A DNA stretch of 63,690 nt, filler included, from Microthyrium microscopicum (Eukaryota), in the NCBI GenBank assembly GCA_010405405.1. It is 14 parts of 4 records of this genome, joined end to end, with 100 filler letters (N's around TTAATTAATTAA, not from the genome) between each part and the next. Parts side by side here need not be neighbours in the genome. Positions count along the whole stretch, not along the records: positions 51,411 to 52,751 come from MU004232.1; positions 52,852 to 54,387 come from MU004232.1; positions 54,488 to 57,149 come from MU004232.1; positions 57,250 to 58,319 come from MU004232.1; positions 58,420 to 62,528 come from MU004233.1; positions 62,629 to 63,690 come from MU004233.1; 8 more parts are not named here. The stretch is one strand, 5' to 3'. Both the position numbers and the translations under genes were made by a program. The notes beneath the pieces were generated by a model. That model worked only from the letters and a program-made list of their open reading frames with translations. It did not search any database and was not told the DNA's origin. How positions within the stretch are numbered: position 1 is the first letter of the stretch; the number at the start of each line of letters is the position of its first letter. Below are positions 52,287 to 63,690 of the stretch, in pieces.

Positions 52287-54387
52287 AACTTATATATAAT
52301 TTAGCCTTATAAGATTATTATATAGTAGTGCTAACTATCTTAGCATTAATCTTATATTATTTTCTTACTTTTTTTATATTCTTTATAGTATAGTATTCTA
52401 TAATAGTAAGCTAGCTCCTTAGATATTTAAGTATAGATATATTTTATAAGATAATTAGTATTTATAAAAAATACTTATATATTTAGTATTAATAATTCTA
52501 CTAATTAGTAAGCTAAATAGTATATATAATAGTTTAGTATATAAGCTAAGGAATATAGGCCTACTAAAACGTAACTTTACCTTATATAATATATATAGAG
52601 AAGTTTAAAATACTTTATATTAAAGTCTTAAAGCTTATATAATTATATTAAAAGCTAAATATTACTTTTAGAAATATAAATTAGTAGTAGAGAAGTATTA
52701 AAAGACGTCGTAGCTAAAGGGATAGAAGTCTTTAGTAACTTAGACTTACTANNNNNNNNNNNNNNNNNNNNNNNNNNNNNNNNNNNNNNNNNNNNTTAAT
52801 TAATTAANNNNNNNNNNNNNNNNNNNNNNNNNNNNNNNNNNNNNNNNNNNNCTTACTTATAAAGTAATTTAGTAAGAAACTACTACTACTAAGCTTTACT
52901 AAACTTTACTATAGTTGTAAATTCTTAACTATACTTTTATCCTTTTAAGGAAGGAGCCTTATAGTATTTACTTTAATTAAAACCCTTATATAGTATTATT
53001 TTATTTATTAAAGCTATTTTAAGAGAGATATTATAAGTATAGTTCTCTTAAAGAATATTCTCTTACTAAATTTAGTAAGCTTCCTTATGAACTAATATCT
53101 TTACTTATAATATATTCCTATAACTATACTAAAATCTATATATAGCTTAAAGAATATTTCCTTACTTAGTAAGCTTCCTTACGAACTAATATCTTTTATC
53201 TATAATACGTCTTTATAACTATACTAAAATCTATATATAGTTTAAAAAATATTTCTTTACTTAGTAAGCTTCTCTACGAACTAATATCTTTACTTATAAT
53301 ACGTTCTTATAACTATACTAAAATCTATATATAGCTTAAAGAATATTTCCTTACTTAGTAAGCTTCTCTATAAACTAATATCTTTGCTTATAATACGTCT
53401 TTATAACTATATTAAAATCTATATATAGCTTAAAGAATATTTCCTTACTTAATAAGCTTCTTTGTAAATTAATATCTTTATCTATAATATATCTCTATAA
53501 CTATACTAAAATCTATATATAGCTTAAAGAATATTTTCTTACTTAGTAAGCTTTTCTATAAACTAATATCTTTATCTATAATATATCCTTATAACTATAC
53601 TAAAATCTACGTATAGCTTAGAGAATATTCCCTTACTAAATCTAGTAAGCTTTCCTATAAATTAATATCTTTACTTATAATATATCTCTATAACTATACT
53701 AAAATCTATATATAGCTTACTTAAAGGAAAATATTATAAGTATAGTCCTTTTAAAGAATATTCTTATACTAAATTTAGTAAGCTTCCTTATAAATTAATA
53801 TCTTTACTTATAATATATACCTATAACTATACTAAAATCTACGTATAGCTTGCCTTAGAAGAAATATTATAAGTAAGTAGTCCTTATAAAAAATATTCCT
53901 TTACTAAATTTAGTAAGCTTTCTTACGAATTAATATCTTTGCTTAAAATATAACTTTATAACTATACTAAAACCTATATATAGCTTACTAGACCCTTCTA
54001 AGTAAGCTATAGTATTATATAAAGGCGCTGCCTTACTAAATATTAGTAACCCTATTATAAACAAAGATAATTTCTACTACTAAAATAGAAGTTTAGAAGT
54101 TTAGAAGTTCTTAAAGTAGTATAAGTTAGTAGTAATATACTAACGTAGTAGGTAATATTATTAAGAGTAGTATACTTCTTTAGGCTTACTATTAGATTAA
54201 ATACTAATCTAATCTAGATATTAATTATTTAGTTATACTTATAACATTTATATTGTAAGCTATAGTAGTAAGTTAAGCTAATTTATAAATCTCTATATAT
54301 TTACTTTATTAAATATTAGATTTACTTATCTTACTTAGGACTTTTGTACCTACTTCTATTAAATTCTATCTATTCTAAATTAATAGT
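52287..54387 (+). repeat. Internal, uncapped, heavily RIP-mutated copy of the subtelomeric repeat at 60300-62280; includes a ~94-bp VNTR at ~53040-53990
   Basis: It is colinear with 60300-62278 and differs almost only by C>T/G>A changes. It is split by a linker at 52752-52851. Confidence 0.93.
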
Positions 54388-54487
54388 NNNNNNNNNNNNN
54401 NNNNNNNNNNNNNNNNNNNNNNNNNNNNNNNTTAATTAATTAANNNNNNNNNNNNNNNNNNNNNNNNNNNNNNNNNNNNNNNNNNNN

Positions 54488-56305
54488 CTTAATTTTCCAT
54501 AATTCTTATAAATTAGGAATATCTTTCCTATAATACTTTTCTAATTTAGAAATACCTTCACAAATAGCATTAATAAAATAATATTTTTCTAAATGCTCAT
54601 TCATAGGATTATATTCTTTATCTATAGCTAGTCTTTTAGCATCTAGTTATTTAAATAATCTATAAATATATAATAAAGTCTAGTTAATAGTAATATAAAC
54701 CTAACCTTATAATCTAATAGAAGGATAAGAGAAATATTCTAATATATCTCTTAGATTCTCTAAAGCATAAAAATCAACACTATTTAAAGCTAATCAATTC
54801 TTAAACTTATTTTTAGATATATTTATAAAAACATATAAAACTGCCTTTTTAAGCTATAAAAAGCTAGAAATACAATTAAAAGTAGAATTCCATCTAGTAT
54901 CATTATTAAGCAATATTCTATTAATTTTAATAGATTTAGGAATATCACCATCTTCTCTTAATACTTTTAAACCAATAGTAAATAATCGTTAATATAATCT
55001 AACGTATTTAATAGAAGTAATAATTCTTCTTACTTTAACCATTAATCCTAAAGGTTTAGTAGGATCTTTATCTTCTTCATCTTCTTCTTCATCATCGTCA
55101 TTAGTTAATTCTAGTATACTATTAATATATCTAGTTAAACTAACTTTAATATCATAAGATACTAAAAAGTATTTTAAAACATCTTTAGCTACTAAATTAA
55201 TAATATAAGCTACACAACGAATATCATAAAAATTAGTAGTATTTCTAGCTACATAATTTTCACGCATTAATTACTTTACTAAAGTATTATTATTACCTAC
55301 ATTATCTCTAGTAAAACTAATAATATTTAACATAGATAAGCCGTAACTTTTTAAACAATTATTAAAAACTTCAGAAAAATAAACGCCTATATGGCTTTCA
55401 GTTAATTCTTTAAAGCCTATTAACTTATATTATACTTTAATATTATTATCAATATAAATTAATATAATACCTAAAAAGGCTATTTGATTACAAGCTGTCC
55501 AACCATCTAGAGTTATTAAAAAGTAATTTCCACTATTTACTACTAGTTAAATTTCATATTTTAATACTTTTAAACTATTAGAATATGTAGTTTCTAATAG
55601 GTTTTAAATATTACGACGATTTACTATAGGTCCAGTAACGTTATAATATTCTAAAAGATCTCTAAACGATTAAGAATCTATAGTATTAAAAGATAAGTTA
55701 TTATCTACAACAAAAGCTAACACTAAGTATAAAGCTTCTTATTCTATAAACTCATAATTAGTACTAGAACGCATTCTTTTCCTATTAATAGTATTACTAC
55801 TACTAGCTACTTGCGTAAAAAAATTATTAGAAAGAGAATCTAAAGAGCTAGCATTTTCTGCTTATTTAATTAAATATTCTTCTAAAGTATCCTTCTTTTC
55901 ATAATCTCCTTTACTAACAGCTATTAAAGGATATTAGCTAGTATAATATTTAGCAAAGTTAGAGCTTAAAAAGTCTTTTACATCTTTAATTTTATTATAA
56001 CTATAAATAACACAAGTTAATTTAAATTGCCTTTCTTTATTCCAATCTATAAGTAGTAATTCTCTAGTAAAAAGACCATATTTAAAAATATAGGCCGTTC
56101 CACGAGTATTATTATCAAGAAAAGTATATATAGTTTAGTTTCGTTTATCTCTTTTATATCAATTTAATCCAATAATAATTTAAGAAGCACTATTACTAGG
56201 ACCTATACTAGTATCTAAATTAGATAGTTAGCTAGTAGATTAAGTATTAGGTAAATTAAGATTAGAATTAGTATTATTCATCTTAATATCAATTATAGAA
56301 CTCAT
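54488..56305 (-). pseudogene. hAT-family transposase (BED finger plus DDE core), partly RIP-mutated and truncated at a gap
   Basis: The ATG is at 56305. The frame shows a BED-like TCVIYSY...SSNFAKYY, ITLDGWTACNQIAFLGI (first D), SFTRDNVGNNNTL (second D), DIRCVAYIINLVAKDVL (CxxH with H>Y; track ORF 54989-55267) and LLNNDTRWNSTF. AAAAAAAGT subterminal-like repeats lie at ~56955-57149. Confidence 0.88.
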
Positions 56306-58419
56306 TTTATAAATAAGAATAGAAATATAATAATAAGTATCTCTTTTATTTCTAGATTAAAATCTAGAGCTAAATAAGAAATTCTAAATTAGTAAATCTA
56401 TTAGAAATATATGAAAGTATATAGTATGAAATTTACTAGTCTTAAATAGTATAACTAAGTAAGAAGTAAATAAAAATGGAAAAGAAATATTTTTTTACTA
56501 TTTTTTATTTTTTTAGTTTTTTAATATAAATCTATATAGAATATAGAAAGATATAATATAATAACTCTAGTAAACTAGAGAATATTATAAAGATAGATTA
56601 AGATAATAAAGAGTCTATAAAATAGCTAATAAATAACTAAGTTATAGAAAACTTAAGTAGAAATTAAGAAATAAAAACTATATTATAGAATAATAATAGC
56701 TTTTAAACTTTATTTTAGCTAAACAATAAAGAATAGCATATAGTATATACTATAAAGATAAATCTTAAATAGAATAAAGAAATATTAGAAAAAATATAAA
56801 TATAATCTCTAATAAAAATAGTAATAAACTAAATTATAAAAGTTAGTAAAATATTTCTAAAATATAAATAAATAACTTACTACTAATAATAATACTAAAA
56901 GTATAAAGTAGAAATACTACTAGAAAAGAAGCCTAAATTAAATATTAGAATATAGTAAAAAAAGTAAAAAAAAGTAAAAAAAAATAAAAATAAACTTACT
57001 AAAAAAAGCTATAAAAAGCTTTAAAAAAGTATTTTCTATACTTCTAAAAATAGAAATAAAAAGTAGAGACTACTTAGTAATATACTAAATAACTAAAAAA
57101 AAAGTTAGTTAAAAAAAGTAAAAAAAGTAAAAAAAACTTACTAGAAAAANNNNNNNNNNNNNNNNNNNNNNNNNNNNNNNNNNNNNNNNNNNNTTAATTA
57201 ATTAANNNNNNNNNNNNNNNNNNNNNNNNNNNNNNNNNNNNNNNNNNNNATACCTTATCTTTTACTTAAAGATTACTAGTTTGTATTATAAGAAATAGAT
57301 AACTTTATATTTTAATATTATAATTATTTATTTAACTATCCTAATACTAGCTATTTATTAATTAGTAATTATTTATTCTTTTTATCTACCTTACTAGATT
57401 TATTTCCTCTAGTAGTAGATATAATTAAGCTAAACTATACTTATTCTTTAAGGTTAATATTTAAAGAGTAGAATAGCCTTATATCCTTATAATTTCTAAA
57501 TAGTATAATAATAGAAAAAAATATAATATAAGCTATTTAAGTATATAAGTCTTATATACTATTAACTAAGAACTAATATAAACTATAATATTTAATATTT
57601 TATAATAAAAGATAGACGCTACGCTTTAGTCTTAAATAATTATAAGTTCTAAACTTAAATAAGATTTATATATATAGAGTCTATAATTAAAATAGTACTA
57701 TACTTTATTTATTTTTACTAACTATATATAAAGATAGAATTAATATCTTAACGTCTCTTAGGTACTTTAAAACTAATTGTATTAAATATAGATATTCTAT
57801 TTATATTTTTAATTAAGAATATAATATTATTTAGCCTATTCTAAACTTATATAAGTATAAGAATATCTATCTTAAAATTCTTATTTAAAAGAGTAAGTTA
57901 TTATTAAGATTTAGTATCTATATTTATTTTCCTAATTTAATATCCTATAGTAGAGAGTAGTATCTTTATATAAAATAACTTAAATAGTAGTACTAATATA
58001 TTTTATTTTTAGCTATTAAGAATATTTATCTAATTAACATTCTATAATATATACCCTTTAATAAATATTATATATATATAATAGCTATAGCGTAATAAGA
58101 AATAAGAAACTAAGATAACTTAAAGCTAGGCCTAGCTAATATATTCTTTATAATCTAAGGCAAATACCTTAAATCTCTATAGAATTATATACTAGACTAT
58201 AGTAAAAGGTTCTAAAGCGTAAACTTAAGCTAAAAGGATACTACTACTAAAAATTCTAAAGATAAATAAACTAATATTATAATCTATCTATTAGATTAGA
58301 TAATAAGTTTAGATATATTNNNNNNNNNNNNNNNNNNNNNNNNNNNNNNNNNNNNNNNNNNNNTTAATTAATTAANNNNNNNNNNNNNNNNNNNNNNNNN
58401 NNNNNNNNNNNNNNNNNNN

Positions 58420-58512
58420 CCCTAACCCTAACCCTAACCCTAACCCTAACCCTAACCCTAACCCTAACCCTAACCCTAACCCTAACCCTAACCCTAACCC
58501 TAACCCTAACCC
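58420..58512 (+). repeat. Telomeric repeat (CCCTAA)n, ~15.5 units
   Basis: A perfect array starting at a contig edge, in left-chromosome-end orientation. Confidence 0.98.
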
Positions 58513-58639
58513 ATGCGTTGCTCATTCGCCTGCCCGTGCCCCTGTACGTATGACGTGGTAGATAACGCGTCCTTATTAGTATACGGTATTTGACCGTACT
58601 AGTTTTAGTATTGCTAATATTTGTGTATCTAGTTGACTC

Positions 58640-58768
58640 TTCTACTAAGGTTCTACTAGGGTTCCGCTAGGGTTTTGCTAAAGTTTCATTAGGATTCCGC
58701 TAGGGTTCTACTAGAGTTCCGCTAGGGTTCTACTAGAGTTCTACTAGGGTTCTACTAGGGTTCCACTA
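58640..58768 (+). repeat. Subtelomeric 11-bp minisatellite (CTAGGGTTC[C/T][A/G])n, ~11 copies
   Basis: Repeated units such as CTAGGGTTCTA, CTAGGGTTCCG and CTAGAGTTCCG. Confidence 0.9.
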
Positions 58769-58869
58769 TAGTCTTAATATAGCTCTACTAAGGTTAGTCC
58801 CTAGTTATAATACCTAATAATTATAATCTATAAGTTTTATAAGTATATTCTAGGATAAGTAACTACGAT

Positions 58870-59585
58870 CTAAGAAATGTAACCTAGGAATATTATAGGC
58901 CTATAATAATAAATTTTAAAGAGCTACTTAAGAGTTATAACTTAGTAATTTCATAAGCCTATATTAGTAAATACTAAAGAGCTATATAAAAATCGTAACC
59001 TAAGAATTTATAATAATATAACGAGTATAGATAAAGGGCTAACTAAGAGTTACAACCTAGGAATTTTATAGAGCTATATTAGTAAATATTAAAGAGCTAT
59101 ACAAAAATCGTAACTTAGAAATTTGTAAAAATGTAATAAGTATAGGCAAAGGGCTAACTAAGAGTTATAATCTAGAAATTTTATAAGCCTATATTAATAA
59201 ATGTTAAAAAGCTATATAAAAACCGTAACTTAGAAATTTATAAAAATGCAATAGGTATAGGCAAAGGGCTAACTAAGAGTTATAACCTAGGAATTTTATA
59301 AACCTATATTAGTAAATATTAAAGAGCTATGTAAAAGCTATAACCTAGGAAATTAGGAAAACGCAATAAGTATAGACAAAGAGCTAACTAAGAGTTACAA
59401 CCTAGGAATTTTGTAAGCTTATAATAGCAAACGTTAAAGAACTATATAAAAGCTATAACCTAGGAATTTAAAGAGCGTACAATAGAAATAATTAAAAGAC
59501 TATCTAAGAGTTATAAACTAGGAATTTCGTAATACGAAAATAGCTATAACTAAAAAACTATCTAAGAATTATAACCTAGGATTTT
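58870..59585 (+). repeat. Subtelomeric minisatellite, ~57-bp monomer arranged as a ~115-bp dimer, ~12-13 monomers
   Basis: The TAACCTAGGAATT core recurs with alternating ~59/56-bp spacing. GAGTTA- and AATCGT/AGCTAT-type monomers alternate. Confidence 0.9.
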
Positions 59586-60209
59586 AACGTTTTCTACTAG
59601 GTTACACCTTTCCTATATTACTTACGTTCTATTATTATACACTATATACTTCTTTATAGTTATCTTAATATATATTAAGATGCTTTATATTATCCTTTTT
59701 ATCTAGTTTTCTCATTTTCTATAATACGTTGTCTACTAAACATTTTCCACCTACTACGAACTATCTAATACCTTTTTTTATCTTTATTATCTTTATTATA
59801 TTAGTATAAACGTTACTCTATTACTTATAATCCTCATATTTAATTATAACTTATCTCCTCTATTCTTTTCTAGTACCTATAACCCTTACTTTCTATTACT
59901 ATCTACGCTACTAGACTTTCTAATAGATAGAGAGCAAGTCTCTTATATAGTTAACAAGATTAGTATAGATAACTAACCTAAGCTACCTATAGAAGCTTAT
60001 TAAGAAGTTATAAGGATAAGATTTATGTTTAGATTGCCTTATAATAATTTAATTAGTCTATTAAGACCTAACTTCTTCTTAGACTTACCTAGCTCTAGTA
60101 GGACAATTAGAGGAGGATATTAAGTACTTAATAGTTTTATACTAGTACTAGAGTTAGATAGTCTCACTTAATCTATTAGAACTAAAGCTACTTAGAATAN
60201 NNNNNNNNN

Positions 60210-60304
60210 AACCCTAACCCTAACCCTAACCCTAACCCTAACCCTAACCCTAACCCTAACCCTAACCCTAACCCTAACCCTAACCCTAACCCTAACCCTA
60301 ACCC
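60210..60304 (+). repeat. Telomeric repeat (CCCTAA)n, ~16 units
   Basis: A perfect array after a 10-N gap. Confidence 0.98.
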
Positions 60305-62528
60305 ATATACAATTCAGCCCTGCGGGATTATTGTGCAGTAGCGCCGACTATCCTGGCGCCGATCTTACGCCATTTTCTTGCTTTTTTCACATTCTCCACG
60401 GCATAGTGTTCCACAATAGCGGGCTAGCCCCTTAGATATTTAAGTATAGATACGTTTTGTAAGATAATTAGTATCTATAAGAAATACTTACATATTTAGC
60501 GTTAGTAGTTTTACTAATTAGTAAGCTAAATAGCATGTACAACGGTTTAGTACGTAAGCTAAGAAATATAGGCTTACTAAAACGTAACTTTACCTTATAT
60601 AATATATATAGAGAAGTCTAAAATACTCTATATTAACGTCTTAAAGCTTACGTAATTATATTAAAAGCTAAATATTACTTTTAGGGATATAAATTAGTAG
60701 TAGAAGAGTATTAGAAGACGTTACCGCTAAAGGAATAAAAGTCTTTAGCAACTTAGACTTACTAGAAGTTAGTAAGGTAGTTATAAGCAAAAAGGATAAC
60801 GTACTAGAATAATATTATTTAGTAAAAGATTGCGTCCTTCTTACTACTAAAACATAACGCCTAACCTAAAGGGATAATATACACGAAAGAAATAATACTA
60901 CTAAAGGGACATTGTAGCTAAGGCTTACCTATAAGATAATTTAGTAAGGAACTACTACTACTAAGCTTTACTAAACTTTACTATAGTCGTAAATCTCTAA
61001 CTATACTTTTATCCTTTTAAGGAAGAAGCCTTATAGTATTTACCCTAATTAAAATCCTTACGTAGTGTTATTTTATTTATTAAAGCTATTTTAAGAAAGA
61101 TATTATAAGTATAGTCCTTCTAAAGAATATTTCCTTACTAAATTTAGTAAGCTTTCCTATAAACTAATATCTTTGCCTATAATATATCTCTATAACTATA
61201 CTAAAATCTACGTATAGCTTAAAGAATATTTCCTTACTTAGTAAGCTTTCCTATAAACTAATATCTTTATTTATAATATATTCCTATAATTATACCAAAA
61301 TCTATATATAGCTTAAAGAATATTTCCTTACTTAGTAAGCTTTTCTATAAACTAATATCTTTACTTATAATACGTTCCTATAACTATACTAAAATCTATA
61401 TATAGCTTAAAGAATATTCCCTTACTTAGTAAGCTTCCTTACGAACTAATATCTTTACCTATAATATATCCCTATAACTATACTAAAATCTACGTATAGT
61501 TTAGAGAATATTTCCTTACTAAATCTAGTAAGCTTCTCTATAAATTAATATCTTTACTTATAATATATCCCTATAACTATACTAAAATTTACGTGTAGCC
61601 TACCTAAGGAAAGATATTATAAGTATAGTCCTCCTAAAGAATATTCTTATACTAAATTTAGTAAGCTTCCCTATGAATTAATATCTTTACTTATAATATA
61701 TATTTATAATTATACTAAAATCTACGTATAGCCCGCCTTGGGAGAGATATTATAAGTAAGTAGTCTTTATAAAGAATATTTCCTTACTAAATTTAGTAAG
61801 CTTTCTTACGAACTAATATCTTTATCTAAAATATAACCCTATAACTATACTAAAACTTACGTGTAGTCCGCTAGACCCTTCTAAGTAAGCTATAGTATTA
61901 TATAAAAGCGCTACCTTACTAAATATTAGTAACCCTATTGTAAATAAAGATAATTTCTACTACTAAAATAGAAGTTTAGAAGTTTAGAAGTTCTTAAAGT
62001 AGTATAGATTAGTAGTAATATACTATAAGTTAGACGTAGTAGGTAATATTATTAAGAGTAGCGTACCTCTTTAGGCTTACTATTAGATTAAATACTAATC
62101 TAATCTAGATATTAATTATTTAGTTATACTTATAATATTTATATCGTAAGCTATAGTAGTAAGTTAAGCTAATTTATAAATCCCTATATATTTACCCTAT
62201 TAAACATTAGATTTACTTATCTTACTTAGAACTTTTATACCTACTTCTATTAAATTCTATCTATTCTAAATTAATAGTTTATTTTATTTTGCGATTCTAT
62301 ATCTTTTAGCTTACTTACATCTTAATTTAAATATTATTTATTATATAAGATATTTACCTAATACTTTTTAAATCTTAGATGCTCTCCTCTTAGTAAGTAT
62401 ACAAGTTATATTAAATCTCCTATACTTATCTAATATTTAATAATAGTAGTTAGGCTTAATATTAGTACTTATATAGTTAGATATATTACTATTATATACT
62501 ATAAATAATAATAAGTTTCTATTTATTT
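60305..62528 (+). repeat. Telomere-capped copy of a subtelomeric repeat element containing a ~94-bp VNTR (~61090-61870)
   Basis: It matches 52292-54387. The first ~120 bp retain C/G, while the remainder is RIP-mutated. Confidence 0.93.
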
Positions 62529-63690
62529 NNNNNNNNNNNNNNNNNNNNNNNNNNNNNNNNNNNNNNNNNNNNTTAATTAATTAANNNNNNNNNNNNNNNN
62601 NNNNNNNNNNNNNNNNNNNNNNNNNNNNAGGGGCCTAAATATTACTAACTTTTATTATAAATATAAGTATATATATAAAATAGAATAGTAAGCATTTAGT
62701 ATATCTCTTATAATCTATAGTAACTTTAAAGTAGTTACTATATTTAATAATATATAAATAACCTTTTAGGTAATTTAGTCTAGTATAAGATTTAATAGGT
62801 AATAATTACCTAATCTAAGAATAGATCTAAATATTAATATAACTACTAAAGAGCGTATATAGTTTATTTAATAGCTAAGCTAGGATTATGCGCCTTTGCT
62901 CTTAAGCTAAAGGACTTAATACTAGCTAGTAGTATTATCTAGAGTATAGCTAAAGACTTTAACCTTTTACTTAAGCATAAAGTAATTATAATCTAGCGCT
63001 ATTTATAATATAATATACTACTTAATATTAAGTAGAATTTTTCTATTATATTTATATTCTCTTAATAAAATAAGTATAGTTTTAGTATTAAAAACCTAGC
63101 TAATTAAGCTAGATTATATATAAAGGATTAATAGTAGTAAGGCTTTATATTATAAGGTATTATTTATAGTAATTAGTATTATTTATAAGTAGAGTATTAT
63201 ATAATACTACAAGTAGTATAACGCGTTTATCTTAGTAAAGTTTTTTATAGCCTTTTAAGTAAGAATAAGTTATTAGTTATATTATTTTCTTTAAAAGTAT
63301 TTAGTATAGACGTTACTTAGATTAAACCTTCTATACTATATATTTAAATTAAGTAATTTACTACTAGCTTATTACTATAATATATTTAAATACTAGGACT
63401 ATAAGCTCTAGATTATTAATTTTCTTAAGTCTTAGTAAGACGTACTATATCTTTAAATTTATTAAGAATTAGAATTATTAATTAATCTTCTTAAATACTT
63501 AATAGTATAAGTCCTAGGTAGTATTAAGATTTATAATATTATATATTTATTAGAAGCTTATATACTAATTACGTATCTCTTTAATTTCTCTACTAAAGTA
63601 ATAAAGGTTTCTTTAAGTATTTTAAATCTCTAAGTAGTAGTTAGTATTTAAGTAGAGAGCATTCTAGTATTAGTATACCTTATTAAGCAT

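Larger units (their letters stand above)
28955..62584. other. Artificial contig linkers (~44 N + TTAATTAATTAA + ~44 N), 13 occurrences
   Basis: The same 12-mer, with stops in all six frames, is embedded in N runs at ~28955, 30801, 32028, 34990, 39718, 42658, 45303, 51355, 52796, 54432, 57194, 58364 and 62573. Confidence 0.97.
24830..63690. other. RIP-degenerated AT-rich repeat/subtelomeric compartment made of many short contigs
   Basis: GC drops abruptly at ~24830 and TpA is in excess. N gaps and artificial linkers occur throughout. Confidence 0.9.

Noticed and set aside
49860..61870. CRISPR-like arrays among the regular repeats
   Set aside because: The context is eukaryotic, the units are tandem with no unique spacers, and there are no cas genes.
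28955..62584. Recurring palindromic TTAATTAATTAA as a biological motif or regularly spaced array
   Set aside because: It is always embedded in symmetric N runs totalling ~100 bp and has stops in all six frames, so it is an assembly spacer.

Overview
This window is eukaryotic, most likely from a filamentous ascomycete. The evidence is spliceosomal GT-AG introns with CTAAC/CTAAT-like branch sites, (CCCTAA)n telomere repeats and extreme TpA enrichment typical of repeat-induced point mutation (RIP). One ~10-kb island of balanced GC content (~14.85-24.8 kb) carries four genes: an F-box gene with two in-frame TAG stops, a FRE-family ferric reductase gene with four clustered stops, and two intact, convergent, secreted GH43 glycoside hydrolase genes. 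The rest is RIP-degraded AT-rich DNA, broken by N gaps and 13 artificial N-TTAATTAATTAA-N linkers, so order and adjacency across linkers are uncertain. Translating by hand while mentally reversing C>T/G>A changes recovers several relics. These are a CMC (CACTA/EnSpm-like) DDE transposase inside a multi-ORF block of about 14 kb or more, a Plavaka transposase, a hAT transposase, telomere-linked-helicase-like genes and an RBR/IBR ubiquitin ligase. Also present are a ~1.2-kb tRNA-headed SINE-like element with a LINE-like 3' end and (TTA)n tail, several minisatellites, and two telomere arrays. One telomere appears to have been added de novo at an AACCC seed inside a repeat whose uncapped copy lies elsewhere in this window. 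All family calls for relics come from motif recognition by eye; no database search was run.
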